From IMG/VR virus record IMGVR_UViG_3300022745_000018, positions 107,910 through 171,909 of that record: 64,000 bases of DNA. The stretch is one strand, 5' to 3'. Below, in pieces: positions 1 to 7,820 of this stretch (the first letter of the stretch is position 1; every line of letters starts with the position of its first letter). A program made the position numbers and the translations under genes. This stretch comes from a virus. A model generated the notes under the pieces. It made no database searches and had not been told where the DNA came from. It was given only the letters and a program-made list of their open reading frames with translations.

Positions 1-441
1 GATCTTGGCAAACATCTTCTTGGGCATCTTGTACTTAAACACACCACCCTCAGCTTCAGGATTGTTAGTGTCCTTAATCACCAAGATGTTGACTGTGTAA
101 GTTTCTTTGCGTTTGCGGCCGCGAACGATCTCCTTGTTCGCTTCTACTTCAGTTTCCCAAAGTTCACGATTGGCTTCGGAGACAGGATCTGGCAGACCGA
201 TAGTTGAAGGACTATCTTCAATATACCAACGATTGGTATTGGCATCTTTGAATGCAAAAGAGAATTTGCGTTGGAATGGGATCTCGTCGATGTTCTTGTC
301 AGGCAAGATACGGATCACAGCAGAGGCATTACCAACCTTGTCAGGTGTAGGTCTCCAGTATTCTGAATCCCCTTCATTATTATCGTAGGTTTTCTTTTGT
401 GAAATTGTGTCAAATTGTTGAAGCAGTTTTGAAAAGTCCAT
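1..441 (-). CDS. 32: T4-like single-stranded DNA-binding protein gp32, 5' part (runs off window edge; missing from ORF track)
   Basis: Manual translation MDFSKLLQQFDTISQKKTYDNNEGDSEYWRPTPDKVGNASAVIRILP...RWYIEDSPSTIGLPDPVSEANRELWE...RKRKETYTVNILVIKDTNNPEAEGGVFKY matches gp32 motifs; AAGGA RBS upstream. Confidence 0.92.
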   Translation of the reverse strand, partial: MDFSKLLQQFDTISQKKTYDNNEGDSEYWRPTPDKVGNASAVIRILPDKNIDEIPFQRKFSFAFKDANTNRWYIEDSPSTIGLPDPVSEANRELWETEVEANKEIVRGRKRKETYTVNILVIKDTNNPEAEGGVFKYKMPKKMFAKI

Positions 442-470
442 TTTGATTTCCTTTTTGAAGTTTAGTGAAT

Positions 471-501
471 CCGATTTGTTATTGTCAGATCGGCAACTGA
501 C
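471..501 (-). promoter_or_regulatory. H-type RNA pseudoknot in gp32 leader (putative autogenous translational operator)
   Basis: Minus strand GUCAG-UUG-CCGAU-CUGAC-AAUAACAA-AUCGG: stem 1 GUCAG/CUGAC, stem 2 CCGAU/AUCGG, then an A/U-rich stretch to the AUG. Confidence 0.7.
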
Positions 502-529
502 TATCTATTTATCTCTGTCTAGAAAGACA

Positions 530-561
530 AATGGAGACCGCAGTATTTCGCGGTCTCCATT
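530..561 (-). terminator. Putative intrinsic terminator hairpin
   Basis: 12-bp perfect inverted repeat AATGGAGACCGC/GCGGTCTCCATT just downstream of 575..766. Confidence 0.7.
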
Positions 562-574
562 CAAGATTCTCTAG

Positions 575-766
575 TTACAGAGAATAGCAGGTCAGACCGG
601 TGCGTGTCTGACTGGTTTGGATTGCCATGCCATGTTCGTAACGCAGATCATAGATTCGAGCAGACAGACGCTGGATGCCCATCTTCTCAGCTTGAGCTTT
701 GGTCACAGAACGGCCAGCCTCGAACAGAGCAGCCAGTTTTTCCAGTTGAGTTTTGGTTTTCTTCAT
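575..766 (-). CDS. Small winged helix-turn-helix protein
   Basis: SVTKAQAEKMGIQRLSARIYDLR...GMAIQT pattern typical of small phage wHTH proteins. Confidence 0.7.
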   Translation of the reverse strand: MKKTKTQLEKLAALFEAGRSVTKAQAEKMGIQRLSARIYDLRYEHGMAIQTSQTRTGLTCYSL

Positions 767-823
767 TTCATACCTTTCATGTTAAAGAAAAATGATGGTG
801 GATAACTGCACCATCTACAGTTT

Positions 824-851
824 ATTTTACACAGCAAAATCGCCATGTAAA
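824..851 (-). promoter_or_regulatory. Sigma70-like promoter, class A
   Basis: AAAAT-TTTACA-16nt-TAAAAT; same motif at 3422-3449, 12574-12602 and 14084-14112. Confidence 0.7.
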
Positions 852-858
852 ATTTTTC

Positions 859-996
859 TTAGCTGAGCGCCGGTAACGTAACCAGAACCAACCCGCATAG
901 AATGATCACATCAGAATTCGGTACTTTGAAATAGACACCGACCATACCCATTCCAACCAGTGTTACGCCAGAGACAAATGAGGCAATGTTCTTCAT
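859..996 (-). CDS. Small two-helix membrane protein (45 aa, below ORF-track cutoff)
   Basis: MKNIASFVSGVTLVGMGMVGVYFKVPNSDVIILCGLVLVTLPALS, fills the gap after nadV. Confidence 0.5.
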   Translation of the reverse strand: MKNIASFVSGVTLVGMGMVGVYFKVPNSDVIILCGLVLVTLPALS

Positions 997-1007
997 GATA
1001 TGTTCTT

Positions 1008-2360
1008 TCATTTTGCTACCGTATCGAACCAAGTGTTAACACCAGCGAAGGCACGTTCACGGATCTCGTCAAACGTTGGCCTGTAAAGAACCTTACCGTT
1101 TTCGTAGTAAGTAACGAAGTCAGCAGAATCTTGATTTCCGCCCTTCGATTTCTTACCAGGATCCGTGATAGGATTCTTCACTGTTTTGACAGCCTTGCCA
1201 CCAATGATCATCTCAGATGTTTTCTGAGCAAACTTGGATGTGTCACGTGTAACGGATTGCAGCAAGCCACCACCTGAGCCTAGCACGACACATTCGGGAG
1301 CATACCCGAGGTCAACCACTTTCTGCATTAGCATCAAAGCAGTGGTTGGGTTGATGCCATCGCCTTGAATGATACCGACATTGTTGATCACTTTCTTGCC
1401 TTTGCTATTGATCTTGTAACCAAACGCATTACTTTGCATTTCAAGCAGAGCAGGCACGACTTCGAACATATCACCTGAATCTGGACGGAACACGACCTTG
1501 GCTCCAGAATTCACGATCTGTTCTTTGAACGTCGTACATAGGAGAGCAGCTTCGCGGAAAGTATTGTAACCATCAATCACGATGGAAACAATAGAACCAG
1601 GTTTCGCATAGACATCAAGCATTCGCTTGAGATATTCATGTTGACCGCCTTCACCGTACGAACATTGGACGCTGTGTTCAGATGCAGGAACTGAGAATCC
1701 GATCGGACCCTTTGCTCCGTAATAGTGTTTAGCGTACTGCAGAGCAGCGACATTGTCTGTACCGCTAAAGAAAACCAAATGGCCAAGACCGCCGACACCT
1801 GAAGATTCGAACGAGGTGGCGCCACGAGAACCGAAGTCATTCAAAGCAAATGGAAGATTTCCTGGATTGTCTGATGCAATATCATAGAACCACTTCAGCG
1901 ACTTGTAGAGTTCTAGACCCTGAGATGCGATCGTGGTGGGATACCAGACAGATCGCTGCATCGCAGTCTCGATGAACGATGCCAGGGTTGGGCACTTTGG
2001 ATCCGTGGAAACAACAGACACAATTGCGGTGTTTGAAGGGACAACTTGACCCTCAGGAATACCACGAACACGAAGAGGTAGGAATCCGCCGTGTTTGTTG
2101 AGGACATGTTCCCACATCGCTCGGTCAAACGGTTCACCGTGTGGAACGATCAGTTCTTCCGCTTCGTCAATGTCAGCTTTTGTGATTGGTGTTTCCAGCC
2201 AGTCCTTGATATAGACACTTAGACCTAAGGGGACGATTCGTTTACCAGAAACACGCGGTTCAATGTACGAATACATCGATTCGGTTCCGTTTGGATAGAC
2301 TGCTAAAGTCTGACTGTATTTGTACGAATCTGCACTGAGAACTACATTTTTCTTGAACAT
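1008..2360 (-). CDS. nadV: Nicotinamide phosphoribosyltransferase (Nampt)
   Basis: DSYKYS, DFGSRG, SVPASEHS, RPDSGD, IIQGDGI and GSGGGLLQ..RDT motifs. Confidence 0.95.
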   Translation of the reverse strand: MFKKNVVLSADSYKYSQTLAVYPNGTESMYSYIEPRVSGKRIVPLGLSVYIKDWLETPITKADIDEAEELIVPHGEPFDRAMWEHVLNKHGGFLPLRVRGIPEGQVVPSNTAIVSVVSTDPKCPTLASFIETAMQRSVWYPTTIASQGLELYKSLKWFYDIASDNPGNLPFALNDFGSRGATSFESSGVGGLGHLVFFSGTDNVAALQYAKHYYGAKGPIGFSVPASEHSVQCSYGEGGQHEYLKRMLDVYAKPGSIVSIVIDGYNTFREAALLCTTFKEQIVNSGAKVVFRPDSGDMFEVVPALLEMQSNAFGYKINSKGKKVINNVGIIQGDGINPTTALMLMQKVVDLGYAPECVVLGSGGGLLQSVTRDTSKFAQKTSEMIIGGKAVKTVKNPITDPGKKSKGGNQDSADFVTYYENGKVLYRPTFDEIRERAFAGVNTWFDTVAK

Positions 2361-2384
2361 TTTTAACTCCTATAGATGTTCGGT

Positions 2385-3389
2385 TTAACACACTTGAGAT
2401 TTGTAAGCCGGTTCTTGAACCACACCGGTCATTACTGAGATGATGTCTTTATGATCATCAAACATAGCGATACTGTTGAGTGCTTCGGATAAAGGCACCC
2501 ATCGGCAACTAGCAGCATCATCACGCCCATTTGCTCTCGGCAGAGAACCATCCTTATCAGGTTGAATTCTAATATGAACAGCAAGGGTGCTTCTTGGGAT
2601 CCCCATGCAGCGTGTAGGATCGTCAAATAGACGCGTTCCTACAATCGAACCACGGAGAACTTTTTCTGGGACACGAACATTCGTTTCTTCATTGAGTTCG
2701 CGGATAGCGCAGTCCAAGAAGGTTTCGTCGCGATTTTTGAAGCCGCCTGGTAAAGCCATCGTTCCTGCGCCGGGTGCAAACTTTCGTTCGATCAGAAGGA
2801 TGTGGCCATTGCATTCCAAGATAGCATCACCACAATTGAAATTGAGTGTATCTGGGTATGGGTATTTAGCGAATGCAACCTTCTCACGTTCATAGAAAAG
2901 GTAATCACCTAGTACCGTTTCTGGTACAGACCGATCTCGTTCAGCAAACAACTTGTTGCGGATCGTTGTTGCATCTATAGCATGAGATGATTCTACGCTA
3001 CGGAATTCAAATTCCGGGAACCAATTCAAATAATCATTCCCGATCTTGTAATGACCGAACAGAATGACTTTTTCGTCAGGTTTTGCTAACGAACCAATCG
3101 TCATCCTAACATCGGTGAGCCATTGCCCATCCGAATAACGATAGTCGTTCAGCGGAGCAAATTCCACTCTAGAGAGATCGATTTTGCTGTTTCGCATAGC
3201 GACGATTAGTGCTTGTACACGTTCGCTATACGTCCATGGATTTTTGATCGAGCGGCATTGGTTAGCTGAACCAACCAAAACCAGTAAACGATCCACTTGA
3301 GATGCGGCTACACCCAACAAGTGCATATGGCCAGCATGCGGTTTTCCAGATTGAAACCGCCCAATAACAACTCCTACAGTTTTCTTCAC
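2385..3389 (-). CDS. Bifunctional NMN adenylyltransferase / ADP-ribose pyrophosphatase (NadM-Nudix, NatV-like)
   Basis: N-terminal GRFQ..HAGH and GSAN..RSIKNPWT..ER; C-terminal Nudix box ALPGGF....ET...CAIRELNEET; DDA and FDDH motifs. Confidence 0.93.
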   Translation of the reverse strand: MKKTVGVVIGRFQSGKPHAGHMHLLGVAASQVDRLLVLVGSANQCRSIKNPWTYSERVQALIVAMRNSKIDLSRVEFAPLNDYRYSDGQWLTDVRMTIGSLAKPDEKVILFGHYKIGNDYLNWFPEFEFRSVESSHAIDATTIRNKLFAERDRSVPETVLGDYLFYEREKVAFAKYPYPDTLNFNCGDAILECNGHILLIERKFAPGAGTMALPGGFKNRDETFLDCAIRELNEETNVRVPEKVLRGSIVGTRLFDDPTRCMGIPRSTLAVHIRIQPDKDGSLPRANGRDDAASCRWVPLSEALNSIAMFDDHKDIISVMTGVVQEPAYKSQVC

Positions 3390-3421
3390 CTGAACTCCTC
3401 AGATATATGATGATAGAATTT

Positions 3422-3449
3422 ATTTTACACAGACTCTAGAGAATGTAAA
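3422..3449 (-). promoter_or_regulatory. Sigma70-like promoter, class A, upstream of the NAD salvage genes
   Basis: AAAAT-TTTACA-16nt-TAAAAT. Confidence 0.7.
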
Positions 3450-3456
3450 ATTTTTC

Positions 3457-4503
3457 TCACAGATGTTTGTAGACATGGTCTACAAACAGTTCATGACGAT
3501 GTTTCTGCCAATGTTCGAAGTCGTCTTTGATCAACTGTTCTGTTACTTCCGCCGTTCTAGCGATAATAGCAGACTGATGATATTTTGTACCATTCGTCAG
3601 ATATCTAATGAACTCACCCAATTGCTTTCCGGATAGACCAGTCAGACGACCAACGATATCTCCATTGAATTTCTCTCTAGCCATCAATTGAAGACTATGA
3701 CGGCGATGGATCTCGAAATGATCTTGAGCAGCATGTGGGAATTCAGTGAAGATCAGACCGTTCCAGATACGCTTGTCTTCAGGGAATACATACCAATCTT
3801 TTTCTCCCAGCGATTCGCACCACTTCAAGAATGCCGTGTATGTTTTGCGCTTCTTATCACGAACGCGGGCAATTGAATTCCGATTCTCCAGTAAATAGAT
3901 GGACGGATTGAACAGATCGTTGTCGGCTACGTATTTGAACATCTCCTCGAGCGTCTGGAATCCTTCTAGATGCACTTCAGGATCGTAACCGATTAACCGC
4001 AAAGCCGCGGAGAAATCTCTCGTGACGACGATGTTTCCGATTCTGTCAGTACCTGCGTTAACTGGCATCCATAGACCGTCATGTCCAAACTTCAACCCAA
4101 GCTTATGGAAAATTCTACCAAGGAGGTTACCACAATCATTGTAGGAGAAGTACCGCAGAGCGAAGTCGTATGATTGACGAGCGATATGAATCAGATCAAC
4201 CTGTACGACACCATCATCCAAAGGAATACCCAATGAAATGATTTTAGATTTCTTGTCTGCCCAAGCAAACTGCGAATGTTCAATTGCACCAAGTTCTCTA
4301 TCAATTTGAGTCGTAGAATCCACCGTCTCGTCGAGCATCACGACAATGTCGATATCACCAAAGTCATCCTTGTCTCGGTATGCAGGAATAACATCGGCTG
4401 TATACCCCAAAGAACGGATTTTCTCTACAACATCAGCAGAGATCGTGATGAACTGTTCTTTGTTCATTCGTTTGGCTTGAAAGCCCAATGCAGTGCCACC
4501 CAT
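3457..4503 (-). CDS. Pol-beta superfamily nucleotidyltransferase of unknown substrate
   Basis: KDDFGDIDIVV and VQVDLI catalytic aspartate motifs; LGLKFGHDGL resembles the PolX palm/thumb. Confidence 0.75.
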   Translation of the reverse strand: MGGTALGFQAKRMNKEQFITISADVVEKIRSLGYTADVIPAYRDKDDFGDIDIVVMLDETVDSTTQIDRELGAIEHSQFAWADKKSKIISLGIPLDDGVVQVDLIHIARQSYDFALRYFSYNDCGNLLGRIFHKLGLKFGHDGLWMPVNAGTDRIGNIVVTRDFSAALRLIGYDPEVHLEGFQTLEEMFKYVADNDLFNPSIYLLENRNSIARVRDKKRKTYTAFLKWCESLGEKDWYVFPEDKRIWNGLIFTEFPHAAQDHFEIHRRHSLQLMAREKFNGDIVGRLTGLSGKQLGEFIRYLTNGTKYHQSAIIARTAEVTEQLIKDDFEHWQKHRHELFVDHVYKHL

Positions 4504-4504
4504 A

Positions 4505-5020
4505 TCATTTCCTTACTACTGAAAGCATCATGACGATGTAGTCTGAACCACACCAATACACAGAGTGTTCTTTCCGAGGATTGAAGATAAGCGCTCTTTC
4601 ATAAAGAGCACCATAACTCTTCTTACTTGTCACTGAATCGTAATACTGAAATCTTGGTAGATCGCAGTAGATAGTTTTTGAGTTTCGCTCTTCATTGACA
4701 ACTGCAATCGGTAGTACGAAGAAATGGATTTTCGGATGAATATCATCGGTATGCGGAGTAACCGATATTGTGTGCATCTGAAATTCTACACAACCTGAAG
4801 GTATGTGATCGATGTACTTTCGATTCTTGTTGTAGTCATCACCAACCAATTCAAACCCATCATCCGACACGGACTCAATGATGAAGCATTGAAGTTCTTT
4901 CGGTAATTCAGAGAACTCCATCAAAGGGCCGCTAAATGAATTTACTTCATAAGTACATTGGTCAAATTTCGACCAAATCGACTTTGCAAAATCTTCAGAT
5001 ACAAGTGGAGAGTGAATCAT
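4505..5020 (-). CDS. Putative 2OG-Fe(II) oxygenase-fold protein
   Basis: VTPHTDD (HxD) and LIFNPRKEHSV (distal His); start reassigned to the ATG overlapping the upstream stop. Confidence 0.5.
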   Translation of the reverse strand: MIHSPLVSEDFAKSIWSKFDQCTYEVNSFSGPLMEFSELPKELQCFIIESVSDDGFELVGDDYNKNRKYIDHIPSGCVEFQMHTISVTPHTDDIHPKIHFFVLPIAVVNEERNSKTIYCDLPRFQYYDSVTSKKSYGALYERALIFNPRKEHSVYWCGSDYIVMMLSVVRK

Positions 5021-5283
5021 AGCGATCTCCAAAACATCAAACGGCGGGCGAGGCGACGATACCATTGATCACGACGGACTTCAGTGATGCTCGCTGTCTG
5101 TCGTTTGAATTCAGAACACTGCTTCTTCCAATCACCCGGCATATAATGAACTCTGTAGTAATGGCCATGATTGATTGCACCTGGCCAAATGTAACGGCCA
5201 CCAGTCTCACACAGAATAGAATGAAACTTGGTGAAGTGCTCAGCTGGAATATTCTCAGATACTATATGCATGCTTATCCTCAA
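5017..5283 (-). CDS. Hypothetical protein
   Basis: ORF coupled between neighbours. Confidence 0.5.
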   Translation of the reverse strand: MRISMHIVSENIPAEHFTKFHSILCETGGRYIWPGAINHGHYYRVHYMPGDWKKQCSEFKRQTASITEVRRDQWYRRLARRLMFWRSL

Positions 5284-5779
5284 CAGGCAAACAAAGTCTC
5301 AATGTAACGCCACAACGAAGGCAAGAATACCTCTTACCCTCAGCGATTCGTTTAGCGACGATAGGTCCAACCGGTTGAATACAGCAATGGCATTCAGCCC
5401 GCTGACGATTTGAATTAGTATTTGAACTAAACTCTCGAGAAATAAACCGAGATGGTTTACCACCAATAGACGCAACAATGCGCTTCCATTCTTTACCATG
5501 CGACTGTTTTGCTTCTGGATGTAGACAAGCAGTAATTACATGAGCGACTTCATGACGCACAATTTCGTCTAAGAACGGTTCACCGTAGAGTTTGAGTCTG
5601 GTTTCGTTGATCTGAATCTTACAGATCTTCTTATCAATCAAATGATCATCAAAGAAAGCACGACCGACTACATGTTTACGATTCATGTAAGACAGCTGAA
5701 CGGTGAAATCTGCAGTTTGAGAATAGCGCTTTAGTAATTCATTGGCTAAAGCAATACACTTGTCATGATATTGATTCAT
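5255..5779 (-). CDS. SprT-like zinc metalloprotease
   Basis: HEVAH zincin motif, SHGKEWK, C-terminal Cys-rich zinc ribbon. Confidence 0.88.
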   Translation of the reverse strand: MNQYHDKCIALANELLKRYSQTADFTVQLSYMNRKHVVGRAFFDDHLIDKKICKIQINETRLKLYGEPFLDEIVRHEVAHVITACLHPEAKQSHGKEWKRIVASIGGKPSRFISREFSSNTNSNRQRAECHCCIQPVGPIVAKRIAEGKRYSCLRCGVTLRLCLPVEDKHAYSI

Positions 5780-5812
5780 TTTGAAAACTACATTTTGTTT
5801 GTCGATGGATGA

Positions 5813-5839
5813 ATTTTATCCAACCATCGATCATGTAGT
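5813..5839 (-). promoter_or_regulatory. Class B phage promoter cassette
   Basis: ACTACA-N15-TAAAAT followed by the conserved leader TCATCCATCGACAAACAA. Confidence 0.75.
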
Positions 5840-6393
5840 TATTTCAATCCAATGAATTTGGATACCGATAGAAGTTTCTTGGCGATGTATCCACCGACAG
5901 TAGTTGAATCGGTCATGCTAGATATCGGTTTGTCCCAGATTGTTTCGACGGCCAATTTTGTCTCTAAGATAGATGCTTGTTTTGCGATAATTGACGAATT
6001 TTCAATTTCGGCCAATGTTGCACCTGAACCACCAGAGGTATTTACTGTCTGTGCTTGCACGGGAACAACAGATCTTATTAGAACATTGTAGGTACCCAAA
6101 GTTGGGACTAACGGATCTCCACCGCCATCAACGAATAGATTGCCGGTAATCGTCAGTGTATGCGATGCTTCCATCGGGCGAACACGCCAACCATTCTGAA
6201 GAAAGTAATACGGAGGAATTGAGATGCCACCACCCAAGTCATCACCACCCACCGTCTTGAATGCAGGTAAGTATTTAGAATTGTCGCCAATAGTTATCCA
6301 ATCAACCCACCTAGAATATATTTCAGCGGCGCTGACTGTTGCGCTATCCAAGACAATTCTTTTAGATGCTGGGTCGAAAAGAATGGCCATCAC
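5839..6393 (-). CDS. Probable virion structural protein (fibre/appendage module)
   Basis: Late-promoter-like GTTAAATC upstream; N-terminus resembles that of 6439..7791. Confidence 0.55.
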   Translation of the reverse strand: MMAILFDPASKRIVLDSATVSAAEIYSRWVDWITIGDNSKYLPAFKTVGGDDLGGGISIPPYYFLQNGWRVRPMEASHTLTITGNLFVDGGGDPLVPTLGTYNVLIRSVVPVQAQTVNTSGGSGATLAEIENSSIIAKQASILETKLAVETIWDKPISSMTDSTTVGGYIAKKLLSVSKFIGLK

Positions 6394-6438
6394 TAATCGT
6401 TCATGAAAACAATAAAGGGATTTAACCCTCTATTGTGC

Positions 6439-7791
6439 TTACGAGTAAACCCTGTCCTGCTCAGCGACTAGAGATAACGTAATTGTTTTAGATCTTGTTA
6501 GTGTTCCTGTTGTCACCACAAACTTTCCGGAACCTGGCTTAATACCAATCAGAGTAACTGCTCTATCCGTTCCACCAGTAAATCCGCCCTGCGTATTGCC
6601 ATCGTAGTCATATGTAAACGAGATAGAACCTGAAGAAATTGTACCAGTGATAGGTGTACCGGATGCATCATTAACTGTGATTGCACCGGATTCGCCGTAA
6701 TCATTACCAGTGCCGGGAGGAGATGTGAACATCAGACGATATGACGAACCTGCACCAATCAGAGGTGAATTAGCACTAATCACACCAGAAGAACTGTATG
6801 GGTTAGTGCGCTTTGTATTTGAATCGTCGTAGAACTCAACTCTGTTACTATCAGCAGAGGCAACGTTATCAATGTAGACCGATTGGCTAGTGACCAACGT
6901 ATCACCAACGAATGTTAGCAAGTCTGGTTGAATCTTACCAATCTTTGCACCAGCTGTACCGGAAGAATTGATATCTGATGACTGTCTCAGCAGATACTGA
7001 ATCTTCGTGTAAATCTGTTCCAAAGATGCACCATTGCCATTGATGATGATCTTGAAATTATACGAAGTACCACCAATCGTCCTTGATTGGTTTGCCGTGT
7101 AATATGACACAGTGATACCTGAATACGGTGAACCCGTCATTGCCCCGTCGGCAGCTTGAATCTTCAAGTCATCTTCGTTGGCGATCAAGAAGTTAACTTT
7201 GTAAGCACCTGTACCAGTCGCACCGGTATCAGCCAAGATAGATGACTTGTACTTTTTACCATATTCACGAACGAATGTCTTGGCGTATGTTCGTTTATCT
7301 AGGTTGCCGTTCGTTGCATCACCAAACACTTGAACACCGACGTTGAATTGGTCAGTGAATGGGAAGTTGATTGGGGAATCAGTGGCACCTAGGTGGTAAT
7401 ACGGTTGAGCACCAACGTTGATAGAACCCAAGCCAATGAAACCGGCATATTGACGTTGCAGCAAACCAGCAGACGAATACTCTGACCAACCACCATCACG
7501 TAACATATTGCGAGTGGTATCATCAAACCAAGTCCAACCTGAATACGTTGCACCATCAGTACCCAACTGAAACTGACCTGACAATGCGTCAATCGCATAC
7601 ATCGGGAACGGTGAATCTTGATACGTTACAGTCGCCCACGAGTCCACCAATTTCGAATAGACGGCCTGCAGTGTAACGCCGTCTTTCGCAACCAAGTTGC
7701 CAGTTGCGACTAATCTAATCGTCTTTGCAGTTTCGTCGATGATGATCTCTGTGCCGACGTTTAGCAGGGACTTATTTGTAATTTTTGCCAT
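6439..7791 (-). CDS. Probable virion structural protein (fibre/appendage module)
   Basis: G/T/S-rich beta-type composition, late cluster, ends DRVYS. Confidence 0.6.
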   Translation of the reverse strand: MAKITNKSLLNVGTEIIIDETAKTIRLVATGNLVAKDGVTLQAVYSKLVDSWATVTYQDSPFPMYAIDALSGQFQLGTDGATYSGWTWFDDTTRNMLRDGGWSEYSSAGLLQRQYAGFIGLGSINVGAQPYYHLGATDSPINFPFTDQFNVGVQVFGDATNGNLDKRTYAKTFVREYGKKYKSSILADTGATGTGAYKVNFLIANEDDLKIQAADGAMTGSPYSGITVSYYTANQSRTIGGTSYNFKIIINGNGASLEQIYTKIQYLLRQSSDINSSGTAGAKIGKIQPDLLTFVGDTLVTSQSVYIDNVASADSNRVEFYDDSNTKRTNPYSSSGVISANSPLIGAGSSYRLMFTSPPGTGNDYGESGAITVNDASGTPITGTISSGSISFTYDYDGNTQGGFTGGTDRAVTLIGIKPGSGKFVVTTGTLTRSKTITLSLVAEQDRVYS

Positions 7792-7820
7792 GTTTCAATC
7801 CTCTAATTTCAAGTATTTAT

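Noticed and set aside
107-388. 93-aa plus-strand ORF
   Set aside because: Antisense shadow of gp32, which occupies 1..441 on the minus strand
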